From a virus, in the IMG/VR virus record IMGVR_UViG_3300042691_026427, positions 32,001-96,000 of that record: a stretch of 64,000 bases of DNA. One strand, given 5' to 3'. The notes beneath the pieces are model-generated. The model had not been told where the DNA came from and searched no databases. It worked only from the letters and a program-made list of their open reading frames with translations. Each line of letters opens with the position of its first letter. Within the stretch, counting starts at the first letter, position 1. Positions 7,741-15,596 of the stretch are shown in pieces. Position numbers and translations under genes: made by a program.

Positions 7741-9154
7741 TTTTATCTTTTTCTAATTTTAATCTGTATTCTTGTTCTGTAATTACTTTGTTCCAGATTC
7801 CGCTTTCTGTCTGCTCTTCATTCTGGACATAATTTGAAACTAGGTGTTTTGGGCCATACATGTCTTTGGCTGCTCGAACGTTCATTCTTTCCCCTTTGAT
7901 AGTAATGTATCCGTCTGGCGGCAATTTATCCCATTCTATTTGAGATATTTCATCATCCTGCGGTGCTACATAATTAACGGGACGTTCTGCATCTGGAATT
8001 TTAGTTTGTGTTAAACTACTATCTTCGTTTAGTATCTCTGTAGCTATAGGATCAACGTTAGTTTCTTCCGATTTATATACCATTGGCTTCAAATTTTTAA
8101 AATGTGCAAATGGTTGATTTAGATAGGGATTCTGTTCTAATATAGATTTTTCTTTTTCTGTATTTCTAGCAATGCTGTCGGGAAACATCCAGCCAGGAAT
8201 GTGAGGATTTTGAGATTTCGTGACAGTGGGTTGTTCTTCAACTATGTCAATAGAGCCCTTTGGGCTGTCACCCTCCGTAATTTCTTCAAACGTTGGGAAC
8301 AGATCATCGTCCTTTAGTTCTTCTGATGTAGGTTTTTCTCCTACATCGGCAATCCAAGCATCGGGTTTGTTTACTTCACGCTCTCGGAAGTTTTGGAAAC
8401 TGATCTGACTAGACAGTAGTAGTATAACGGCCAGTGGATCGAATACCACAATAAGAACAATAATTACCCACGTGACTGCTTTTTCCAATATTGTAGGATC
8501 TGTTTCGCCGTAGACAAAGGCCGCAATATATTTTATCGGACCTACTTCTGCTTCGACTTTACGTACCTCAGCGGCAATAGGCGCCCTCTCTTCAGATAAC
8601 TGACTAATAGTTTTCTGTTCGGCTGCGATCTCAGTTTGGATACGAGCACGTTCTTTTTGTTGTGCTCTTCGAATTGCAACTGCTTTGTCAGCACCTTTTT
8701 CATCTTGGCTTCGGCCCATGACTTGGTCCACAGCCTCATCCATCTGTTTAAGCGCCCTACGGTTCGCATCTATATTGTCCTTTGCTGTTTTAATCTTTTC
8801 ATCGTAGACTGCAATCTTACTCAGCACATCGCCTGACACTAAACTTTGGTCACTGTGCGCCTTTGACAGAAATCCAAAGATACCCATTGAAGTGATCAAC
8901 ATCAATACTGCAATGGCAGATAGTAGATATGACCGAATGGTCCAAGGTGCAATAGACCAATTTTGTTTTAGCCATAAGGTAGCAGTGATCTTACCTACAC
9001 CTAGTGCAATCCCCATGATTACCACTGACCAAGGAGCGGCAGAGAAAATGGCCATGAGGCCCAGAATACTATAGTACTCTGCTACAATTGACAGCGTGAT
9101 ACCGCTGACTAATGCTAGATAGGCGAGAAACTTTTCATTTAATGTTGGCTGCAT
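7706..9154 (-). CDS. Membrane protein with coiled coil
   Basis: Three N-terminal hydrophobic segments, a long coiled coil, a fourth TM (VIIVLIVVFDPLAV) and an acidic tail. TAAATA lies 6 nt upstream of the ATG. Confidence 0.8.
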   Translation of the reverse strand: MQPTLNEKFLAYLALVSGITLSIVAEYYSILGLMAIFSAAPWSVVIMGIALGVGKITATLWLKQNWSIAPWTIRSYLLSAIAVLMLITSMGIFGFLSKAHSDQSLVSGDVLSKIAVYDEKIKTAKDNIDANRRALKQMDEAVDQVMGRSQDEKGADKAVAIRRAQQKERARIQTEIAAEQKTISQLSEERAPIAAEVRKVEAEVGPIKYIAAFVYGETDPTILEKAVTWVIIVLIVVFDPLAVILLLSSQISFQNFREREVNKPDAWIADVGEKPTSEELKDDDLFPTFEEITEGDSPKGSIDIVEEQPTVTKSQNPHIPGWMFPDSIARNTEKEKSILEQNPYLNQPFAHFKNLKPMVYKSEETNVDPIATEILNEDSSLTQTKIPDAERPVNYVAPQDDEISQIEWDKLPPDGYITIKGERMNVRAAKDMYGPKHLVSNYVQNEEQTESGIWNKVITEQEYRLKLEKDKNEPNNNPSNPT

Positions 9155-9163
9155 GGAGAGTAT

Positions 9164-9556
9164 TTATCGACGCATGTTGGCAATGGCCACAGCTTCTTCG
9201 TCGCTAAAAATAGGCACAGCGTTTGACTTGTGCATAGTACCAATGCCTTTAATTTTATCGCCAGTATAAACCTTAGCCGGTGCCAAGGCAGCAACTCCTG
9301 CACCGGAGTTGAGACTAGGAATATGATTTGAAGTTGCGCGGCCTACTGGTGCTGACAATTGGTAAGACAATGGCTCAGCAGACAGGGCTCGTTTGCGCTT
9401 TTTATCTTCTGCCTCCACTTCCCACTTTTTCTGTAGTTCCTTCCATGACTCATCGAGTTCACGTGCTTTGCGAGCTTCGTCAGCATTGCGGAATTTAACC
9501 TTGCCCTTTTTCTTGCCGTTAAGACTAAGGCTGGGATGGTGTAGATGCATTGTCAT
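9164..9556 (-). CDS. Conserved hypothetical protein of T4-like phages
   Basis: Basic protein ending in YTG..IKGIGTMHKSNAVP, a motif recalled from T4-like phage hypotheticals. Confidence 0.75.
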   Translation of the reverse strand: MTMHLHHPSLSLNGKKKGKVKFRNADEARKARELDESWKELQKKWEVEAEDKKRKRALSAEPLSYQLSAPVGRATSNHIPSLNSGAGVAALAPAKVYTGDKIKGIGTMHKSNAVPIFSDEEAVAIANMRR

Positions 9557-9810
9557 TCTTCGTCCTTTAGTTGATCTCGAAACAAGGATAGTTGATCAAT
9601 AAGATGTTGAACCCCTAGTTTGGTCATTGTAATCTCATGCAACCCCATACTAAATGCAAGCCTGTTCTCATTGGTAACACCCAATCGATAAAAGACCGTT
9701 GCCGGTTTTTCTGGTTCAGGCCTGGGCGGCACAATGTAGGGAACTTTTTCCGGGAATGGAACGACATTGTCGGACATGCCTTTTCCCTTATTTTTAAACC
9801 AATCAAACAT
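9553..9810 (-). CDS. Hypothetical phage protein
   Basis: 85-aa ORF overlapping both neighbours. Confidence 0.7.
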   Translation of the reverse strand: MFDWFKNKGKGMSDNVVPFPEKVPYIVPPRPEPEKPATVFYRLGVTNENRLAFSMGLHEITMTKLGVQHLIDQLSLFRDQLKDEE

Positions 9811-10138
9811 GAACTTCTTCTAGTTTAGGAAAGTTAATAGGACTAGCAGTATTCGAAACGTGTGGCTCAAATGTTTTTTGGATCTTGCTGGGAATGCCCG
9901 TAAATCGAGCTACTGTACCGTTAGGGTTAATTTTCAGCGAGCCGGCGACTACCCAAATTTGTTTTCCGCTAGCATCAACTCCTGCTAACTTTCGTACTAC
10001 TCCATTGATCAGGCCAGTAGGGGTATCCTTACCGCGAGTCCATTGATAATGTGTATCTTTGTTAAACCAAATTTGCTCGGCACCGGATTGTGCGATGCAC
10101 CAAAGTTTCAATTGTGTAAGTGTGTATTCAGCGTTCAT
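9803..10138 (-). CDS. Hypothetical phage protein
   Basis: 111-aa ORF with an AGGAGG SD and its own promoter. Confidence 0.8.
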   Translation of the reverse strand: MNAEYTLTQLKLWCIAQSGAEQIWFNKDTHYQWTRGKDTPTGLINGVVRKLAGVDASGKQIWVVAGSLKINPNGTVARFTGIPSKIQKTFEPHVSNTASPINFPKLEEVHV

Positions 10139-10140
10139 TA

Positions 10141-10187
10141 TGAACCTCCTATTGCATTAGTATACAACAATAAGGAGGTTTTGTCAA
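10141..10187 (-). promoter_or_regulatory. Sigma70 promoter embedded in an SD-sequestering inverted repeat
   Basis: TTGACA-17 nt-TATACT (10187-10159). AACCTCCTTATTG...CAATAGGAGGTT flanks the -10 box. Confidence 0.75.
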
Positions 10188-10203
10188 CAACTGATTTTAC
10201 CAT

Positions 10204-11421
10204 TTATGTAATGTTTGGATCAACTGGAGTTGTTGCTTTTAAAATTAATGGTGCAACAGCTTTGGTAGTTTCTAAAATATCAGGTTTAACAGTGCTTTCA
10301 AATAATGCCTTCTGTTCTGGGTTAGTAATACCAACGTAGGTATTAGAAATTAATCCTATATCATCTAATGAATTTTGAGCTTTTAAAGATACTAAAATAT
10401 TTTGTTGATCTGATTGGACTTGTAACTTAATAGCGTTACCGGCAGTTTCTACAGATGCAGCAGCAGCGTCAAATTGTTCTTTAAAGAAATCGAAACTATC
10501 TATCAATACAGCCTGATCAGCAAGTGATAATGAATTAAGGCCTAATTCTGCAATTTCTGGATTTGTCGTAGGAATAGTACCTCCCAACCCGTCATCTATA
10601 TTAACTACTGGATACTTCAATGCTGATGATTTTCTCAAATTTAATAATTCTTTTTCTAATTGATCTTTTGCTTCGACTAAGTCTTTATATAGATCAGGCC
10701 TTGCCAGGGTTCCGACTAATGATGTTAAGGTTGGTACATCACCGATTCCGAGATACTCGGCCATAAATTTAGTATGACTACTGTTAACAATATCGAATGC
10801 ATCAGTTAATTTAAAATCACCAGTTCCTAGTGTTAGTTCATTTGACCAACCTTTGGCCTTATCAATGGCACCAGTAACTACGCTACCTAATTTTGTTAAG
10901 CCTGCACCAAATTGCCCTGATAATGAAGGATCATCTGCATACAAGGCTTGCAGTCCTGATAATTTACTAATGTCACCATTGAGTGCAGCTTTTGCACCGT
11001 CTAGTACATCTCCTATAGGATTAATAAAGTTATCAGTGACAGACTGTAGTCCACCTTCCACTGTTGTTTTAAATGCAGCTAAATTGCCACCCTCCGGAAT
11101 TAATCCATCGATACCTGTTTTTAAACTGTTTACAGCATCACCGGCGGATTTGGCTAGTGCTCTTGCTGGTTCAGACAGTTCTTTTGGTAGGGTATCAAGG
11201 AATTTATTAAGTCCCGCAGTGCCGCCTTTGATAAATTCAAATCCGCCCAGTGCTGCTTGAATTCCCAGTTGCGTTAAACCTGCTTGCAACATTTCTCCAA
11301 AACTGGATTTACGTACAGCTGGTTGTCCGTCAATTTCAACACTGTTGCTGGGTCGTGTTTTATTTTGTCCATACCACGTTTTAAACGCAGCTATCATTTG
11401 GGGATAAGTTACGTTAGCCAT
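10204..11421 (-). CDS. Hypothetical protein (helical, possibly virion-associated)
   Basis: 405-aa ORF rich in G/A/L, with no recognised motif. Confidence 0.75.
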   Translation of the reverse strand: MANVTYPQMIAAFKTWYGQNKTRPSNSVEIDGQPAVRKSSFGEMLQAGLTQLGIQAALGGFEFIKGGTAGLNKFLDTLPKELSEPARALAKSAGDAVNSLKTGIDGLIPEGGNLAAFKTTVEGGLQSVTDNFINPIGDVLDGAKAALNGDISKLSGLQALYADDPSLSGQFGAGLTKLGSVVTGAIDKAKGWSNELTLGTGDFKLTDAFDIVNSSHTKFMAEYLGIGDVPTLTSLVGTLARPDLYKDLVEAKDQLEKELLNLRKSSALKYPVVNIDDGLGGTIPTTNPEIAELGLNSLSLADQAVLIDSFDFFKEQFDAAAASVETAGNAIKLQVQSDQQNILVSLKAQNSLDDIGLISNTYVGITNPEQKALFESTVKPDILETTKAVAPLILKATTPVDPNIT

Positions 11422-11424
11422 AGA

Positions 11425-11712
11425 TTATACCAATGCAATGCCAGTGGTGCCCTGCATATACTGATCAGCAGCGTCTTTCTTTGCGGGCATAACAATAAAC
11501 ACATGCTCTCTTTTTAGAGTCATTGTTTCCTTTGAACCTAGGAACACCCAGGGAATCATTCCTAGGCCACCACCGCTCATTGTAAGAGCCAACGGGCGAT
11601 TGATAGTATATCCATCATGGTTATCCTTTTCTAAACGTGCAATGAGTTCATCACCGTTGATTAATTTGATACTGACTACGTCCCCTTCGGACATTGGTTT
11701 TTCGATTAACAT
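11425..11712 (-). CDS. Conserved phage protein, possible Sm-like fold
   Basis: GDVVSIKLINGDELIARL...I.RP.....G.GMIPW pattern. Confidence 0.65.
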   Translation of the reverse strand: MLIEKPMSEGDVVSIKLINGDELIARLEKDNHDGYTINRPLALTMSGGGLGMIPWVFLGSKETMTLKREHVFIVMPAKKDAADQYMQGTTGIALV

Positions 11713-12099
11713 TTATAATTCTCCTGATTGTGCTAACTTTAACATTAGACTGTATTGTTCGTATGCCTTACGTACTGCTGGGTATTTGCTTCTTAACTGT
11801 TGTTCTTGTTCTTTTTGTTCCATAAGAGTTTCAAACAATCTGTAGTGCCCAGTTTCTTTCATGTTGTTAAACACTTGATTTTCAAACCCTGCAATTCGAG
11901 TCAGTTCGCTTTCACTGATTTCAACAGTGTAAAGAGTTTCGGTTTCAAACGTCAGGTGGTCCTGCATAAACTTGTTATAGTCATTGGCATAATGAAACAG
12001 TGCTACATTAGCTTTGGTATGCCTGTGAGCACGTTTGTCTGAGTTAATCACTCTAATACCGTGCTCATTGCAAAATTTCTGCGTTGTTATATCTACCAT
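11713..12099 (-). CDS. Hypothetical phage protein
   Basis: 128-aa ORF. Its C-terminal P.VRKAYEQY.LM resembles the end of 12253..12696. Confidence 0.75.
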   Translation of the reverse strand: MVDITTQKFCNEHGIRVINSDKRAHRHTKANVALFHYANDYNKFMQDHLTFETETLYTVEISESELTRIAGFENQVFNNMKETGHYRLFETLMEQKEQEQQLRSKYPAVRKAYEQYSLMLKLAQSGEL

Positions 12100-12281
12100 T
12101 ACGATCTTCCTATAGCAGATGCAAGTTGATTCATTTCTGATTTTCTACGACTGTTTTCACGTTCTAGAAAGTTAACACGATTTTCTAATTCCTTAACATA
12201 TCTTTCAGTTATTCTAAGTTGTTGCAGAATTTTTTCTATGTCAATTTGTTCTTTACTTTTCGGCGGAATCATTTGAATCAT
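12099..12281 (-). CDS. Small coiled-coil hypothetical protein
   Basis: 60-aa heptad-rich ORF coupled to both neighbours. Confidence 0.6.
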   Translation of the reverse strand: MIQMIPPKSKEQIDIEKILQQLRITERYVKELENRVNFLERENSRRKSEMNQLASAIGRS

Positions 12282-12696
12282 CTCCGATCAATCTTTCTAG
12301 CATTTTGTAATTGTCGTATGCTTTTTTCAATGCGGCAAACTTTTCTAGTTTCGCAGGATCTGGATCTTGCAAGATAGCTAACCTGTCTTCAATCTTTTTC
12401 AAGGTACTAGCAATGTTTGAGCCTTTGATAGTAACATCGCCATCAAACACAGCATTACTGGTAACATGTAGACCGGCACTGCCATTGGTTATACTGCTTG
12501 GCCAAGCGGTGCTGCTAGTACCCCAAGATACACCAATTGATCCGGTTGCTCCGGTCTGGAGCATCGATCCGGTTGCTCCAGTAGCAATACTATACGTTTG
12601 ATTTGTAGGACTGGAAAACATATAGTTACTGGATGTAATACTACTGGTATCTATACTAAGTGTATCTATGTCGATTGTGATATCTTTGTCATCCAT
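12253..12696 (-). CDS. Hypothetical phage protein
   Basis: S/T-rich N-terminus and an IEDRLAIL...ALKKAYDNYK C-terminus. Confidence 0.75.
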   Translation of the reverse strand: MDDKDITIDIDTLSIDTSSITSSNYMFSSPTNQTYSIATGATGSMLQTGATGSIGVSWGTSSTAWPSSITNGSAGLHVTSNAVFDGDVTIKGSNIASTLKKIEDRLAILQDPDPAKLEKFAALKKAYDNYKMLERLIGDDSNDSAEK

Positions 12697-12913
12697 TTAG
12701 TTTGACCTTAAGTTCTGTATATCCGCCTATTAGTTCTTCATCTAAAAAGATTTGTGGAACTGACCGTGCATCGGGCACGGCTTCTAATAATTCTTCTTTT
12801 GTATATCCATCTCCGATTTTCCTTTCTTCGAATTCAATACCGTGTTGTTTTAATAATGCCTTTGCTTGATCACAAACAGGGCAGTGATATTTTGACCATA
12901 CTACAGCTTTCAT
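12689..12913 (-). CDS. Glutaredoxin (RNR electron donor)
   Basis: CPVC active site, RSVPQIF and IGG motifs. Confidence 0.93.
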   Translation of the reverse strand: MKAVVWSKYHCPVCDQAKALLKQHGIEFEERKIGDGYTKEELLEAVPDARSVPQIFLDEELIGGYTELKVKLNG

Positions 12914-12915
12914 TT

Positions 12916-13089
12916 TTAATCACCTCTTTCAATTTCTACAGTAATTCCGCTACCAAGTAATTCTGTTGCCACTTGCTCTAATGAATTTAAAAACTCGTTG
13001 TCAGCTAACAGGATATCGGACGTATCTTCTTTATTCTTTAACAATTTACTTACTCTTAGTATTACTATTTCTTCTATAACTTTGGCCAT
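12916..13089 (-). CDS. Small hypothetical protein
   Basis: AGGAG SD upstream of ATG 13089 (MAKVIEE). Confidence 0.65.
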   Translation of the reverse strand: MAKVIEEIVILRVSKLLKNKEDTSDILLADNEFLNSLEQVATELLGSGITVEIERGD

Positions 13090-13099
13090 TGTTAACTCC

Positions 13100-14200
13100 T
13101 CATAAATCTGGTAATTCTTCATACTTAACGCTGTCCGACATTACGCCAATGACATAGTTAGTTGATTCATTTTCTTGCAGAGCAGTCTGCTTCTTGTTAA
13201 TGTTTACATGCTTGTTAAACCAAGGAATAGGACTTGCCTTAGGGTGTTCACCTTGATACTTGATACCAATTTCTTTTAAACGGGTAAACGCAGTATAGTC
13301 AACAAAGTCGCTTAAAATTGCAGCGTTTAGTCCGATAACTGGCCCTAACTTGAACAGGTATTGAGCCCATGCTTTTTCCTCTTCAATAACTTCCATGTAC
13401 ATGTTATATACTTCTTGTTCACATTCTGTTTCTAATGTAACAAAGTCTGGATCGTCACGAGTTACATTGTTGATCAACCAAGCAGTCCATTCGGCATGTA
13501 GAATTTCATCTTGCAGAATTAAACTAATGATGTTGCCGTTACCAATGTAGATCTTGTTCTCTACCATTGCTAAACTGGTAGCAAAGCTCACCATGAAGCG
13601 TAGAGCCTCCAATGCATATGATGCGTGTAGAGCCATCCAGATTGCTCGCTTGTGCTCCATGCTTGGAATTGTCTCTCCCAATTCTTTGCGGCAGTTAAGA
13701 ATATGAAGATCCTCATAGTAGCGACCAATGTTAGCAGCCATGCCAACAATTTCAGCTGTGTCGTGAATCTTGTTAAACTCTTCTTTAGGTACTCCATATA
13801 CGTTCCTAATGATGTGACTGTAGCTCTTTGAATGGATGTTAGTTTCAAAGAAACTCCAATTGCTTACTAATGATTCAAGTTCGGGAATACTGATAACAGG
13901 CTGAAATACCTGATTAGGTGCTCGCCCTTGAATACTGTCTAATGCGGTCTGTCTTAACAAGTTACTAGTGAAGATATGTTTAACCGCATCACTAGCTTCT
14001 TTGTGATCCATCTTGTCTTTGGTAAGACTAATCTCTTCAGGAACCCAAAAGAATCCCCGAGCAAGTTCTTCATATTTGGCAATCTTGGGATACTTGACTT
14101 CTTCGAATCGCTGTACAGTTACTGGACCTGCGGGATCCAAGAACATTGTACGTTTGAGATAGTTTGTTTGTTTTGATAAGTTATACTGTTGTTTGCTCAT
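13100..14200 (-). CDS. nrdB: Ribonucleotide reductase class Ia beta subunit
   Basis: FWVPEE, LDSIQGR, ETNIHSKSY (radical Tyr), LEALRFMVSF, DEILH and QE.E..NY. Confidence 0.96.
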   Translation of the reverse strand: MSKQQYNLSKQTNYLKRTMFLDPAGPVTVQRFEEVKYPKIAKYEELARGFFWVPEEISLTKDKMDHKEASDAVKHIFTSNLLRQTALDSIQGRAPNQVFQPVISIPELESLVSNWSFFETNIHSKSYSHIIRNVYGVPKEEFNKIHDTAEIVGMAANIGRYYEDLHILNCRKELGETIPSMEHKRAIWMALHASYALEALRFMVSFATSLAMVENKIYIGNGNIISLILQDEILHAEWTAWLINNVTRDDPDFVTLETECEQEVYNMYMEVIEEEKAWAQYLFKLGPVIGLNAAILSDFVDYTAFTRLKEIGIKYQGEHPKASPIPWFNKHVNINKKQTALQENESTNYVIGVMSDSVKYEELPDL

Positions 14201-14427
14201 TTATTGTCCTCTATAGTTGAAATAACGTCTGACATGTTAGGAGCAGTGGGATTATCATTAAATTCAAACATCAGTGCTCCGTTATCTACATATACCATTT
14301 CAAGATCAGCAGATTCTAAAAAATTTAATAATACTTCTTCTACTTCTTTTTCAATAACTACTTGTTCTGAAATGTTATGATTTAAAAGATGGAGTCTTAT
14401 TTTTTCTATAGTAGTTAATTTACTCAT
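14197..14427 (-). CDS. Hypothetical protein
   Basis: Short acidic ORF between the aldolase and nrdB. Start probably 14427. Confidence 0.6.
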   Translation of the reverse strand: MSKLTTIEKIRLHLLNHNISEQVVIEKEVEEVLLNFLESADLEMVYVDNGALMFEFNDNPTAPNMSDVISTIEDNK

Positions 14428-15064
14428 TATAATGGTTCCCCGATGCAAGTACTATCTTGCAAATATGTTCCAATCTCTCAATATGTTCGTAAGCACGCCA
14501 CGGGCTAGTGTCTATGGCCACAACTCCGTGTCCTTTGATACCTACAATGTCATAGGCAATATTACCTTCATGATCTAATTGTAACATCTCAAAGCATTTG
14601 TCTGCAAGTTCTTGGCTAATGGGAGGTACATCACCTACGTTGGGTGCAACCTTAGTGTAACGATTCAATTCTGGAAATGCTGCACTAATTGTACTGAGAT
14701 CAATTCCGGCATGCATGGCAGCAATACAGTATGTAGGATGCACATGAACTACTACCCGGACATCGTTGCTGTGTTGACCCATACGTTTTTGTAAGCCAAA
14801 GTGCAGAGGTATCTCTCCACTAGGTTTTAGATTGGCACTTATATCAGTGTAAGGTAAATCTATCCAGTCCCATCTTTCGACTGGTTGGAACATGATGCCA
14901 ATTTTTTTAAATTGATCAGGTTGTAGGGTTTGTTTACGTACTCCACTAGGAGTAATGTAAAAGTGATCACGGTCGTGGTGACGAATGCTCACATTACCAT
15001 CGCGACTGGTAATCCAATTACGCTTGTAAGCGTCTACTAATATGTCACATATTGTTTCTAACAT
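14420..15064 (-). CDS. Class II aldolase/adducin family protein
   Basis: DGNVS, ITPSG, KPSGE..LH, HVHP and GHG Zn-binding motifs. Confidence 0.9.
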   Translation of the reverse strand: MLETICDILVDAYKRNWITSRDGNVSIRHHDRDHFYITPSGVRKQTLQPDQFKKIGIMFQPVERWDWIDLPYTDISANLKPSGEIPLHFGLQKRMGQHSNDVRVVVHVHPTYCIAAMHAGIDLSTISAAFPELNRYTKVAPNVGDVPPISQELADKCFEMLQLDHEGNIAYDIVGIKGHGVVAIDTSPWRAYEHIERLEHICKIVLASGNHYNE

Positions 15065-15596
15065 TAATATGATCCCAGTTAATAATTTTCCATTGGTTAT
15101 CTAGGTATTTCTTTTTGTCGTGTTGGTAATCGAGCGAAAATGCATGTTCCCACCAATCAATTAATAACACAATGTCTTTCTTAACTTCGTGATTTTTAAT
15201 TGTTTTAATCTTACCATCTTTGGCAAGGTAGACCCAGCCGCTGCCTTGTATCTTCATTGCTTCTTTGGCAAATGATTCTTTAAAATTTTCAAAGTTTTTA
15301 TAGTGCTCTACAATAAATTCTAGTATACCTCCTGTGGGTTTGTTAGAACCGTTAGGTGACTGGTATTGCTGAAATAGAATGTTGTGTAAGAATACTCCAG
15401 CTTCGTTAAATCCTGCATCACCTTCGTCATTGTTATAACGTTCGGCATAAGTCTTAGCCAACTTGCCGTAATGATAGTTAATGGTATCTTCAGAGATTGC
15501 TGGATCTAATTCATCAGTATCGTAAGGCAACGGGAGAATTTCTAATTTATGTTCTCTTCCTTCCTTTAAGACATTTCGTAAGAAACTAAAAGTCAT
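15045..15596 (-). CDS. Fe/Mn superoxide dismutase
   Basis: LPY...L.P.IS, H-x7-Y, FN.AG..LH, GSGWVYL and DWWEHA. Confidence 0.9.
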   Translation of the reverse strand: MTFSFLRNVLKEGREHKLEILPLPYDTDELDPAISEDTINYHYGKLAKTYAERYNNDEGDAGFNEAGVFLHNILFQQYQSPNGSNKPTGGILEFIVEHYKNFENFKESFAKEAMKIQGSGWVYLAKDGKIKTIKNHEVKKDIVLLIDWWEHAFSLDYQHDKKKYLDNQWKIINWDHINVRNNM

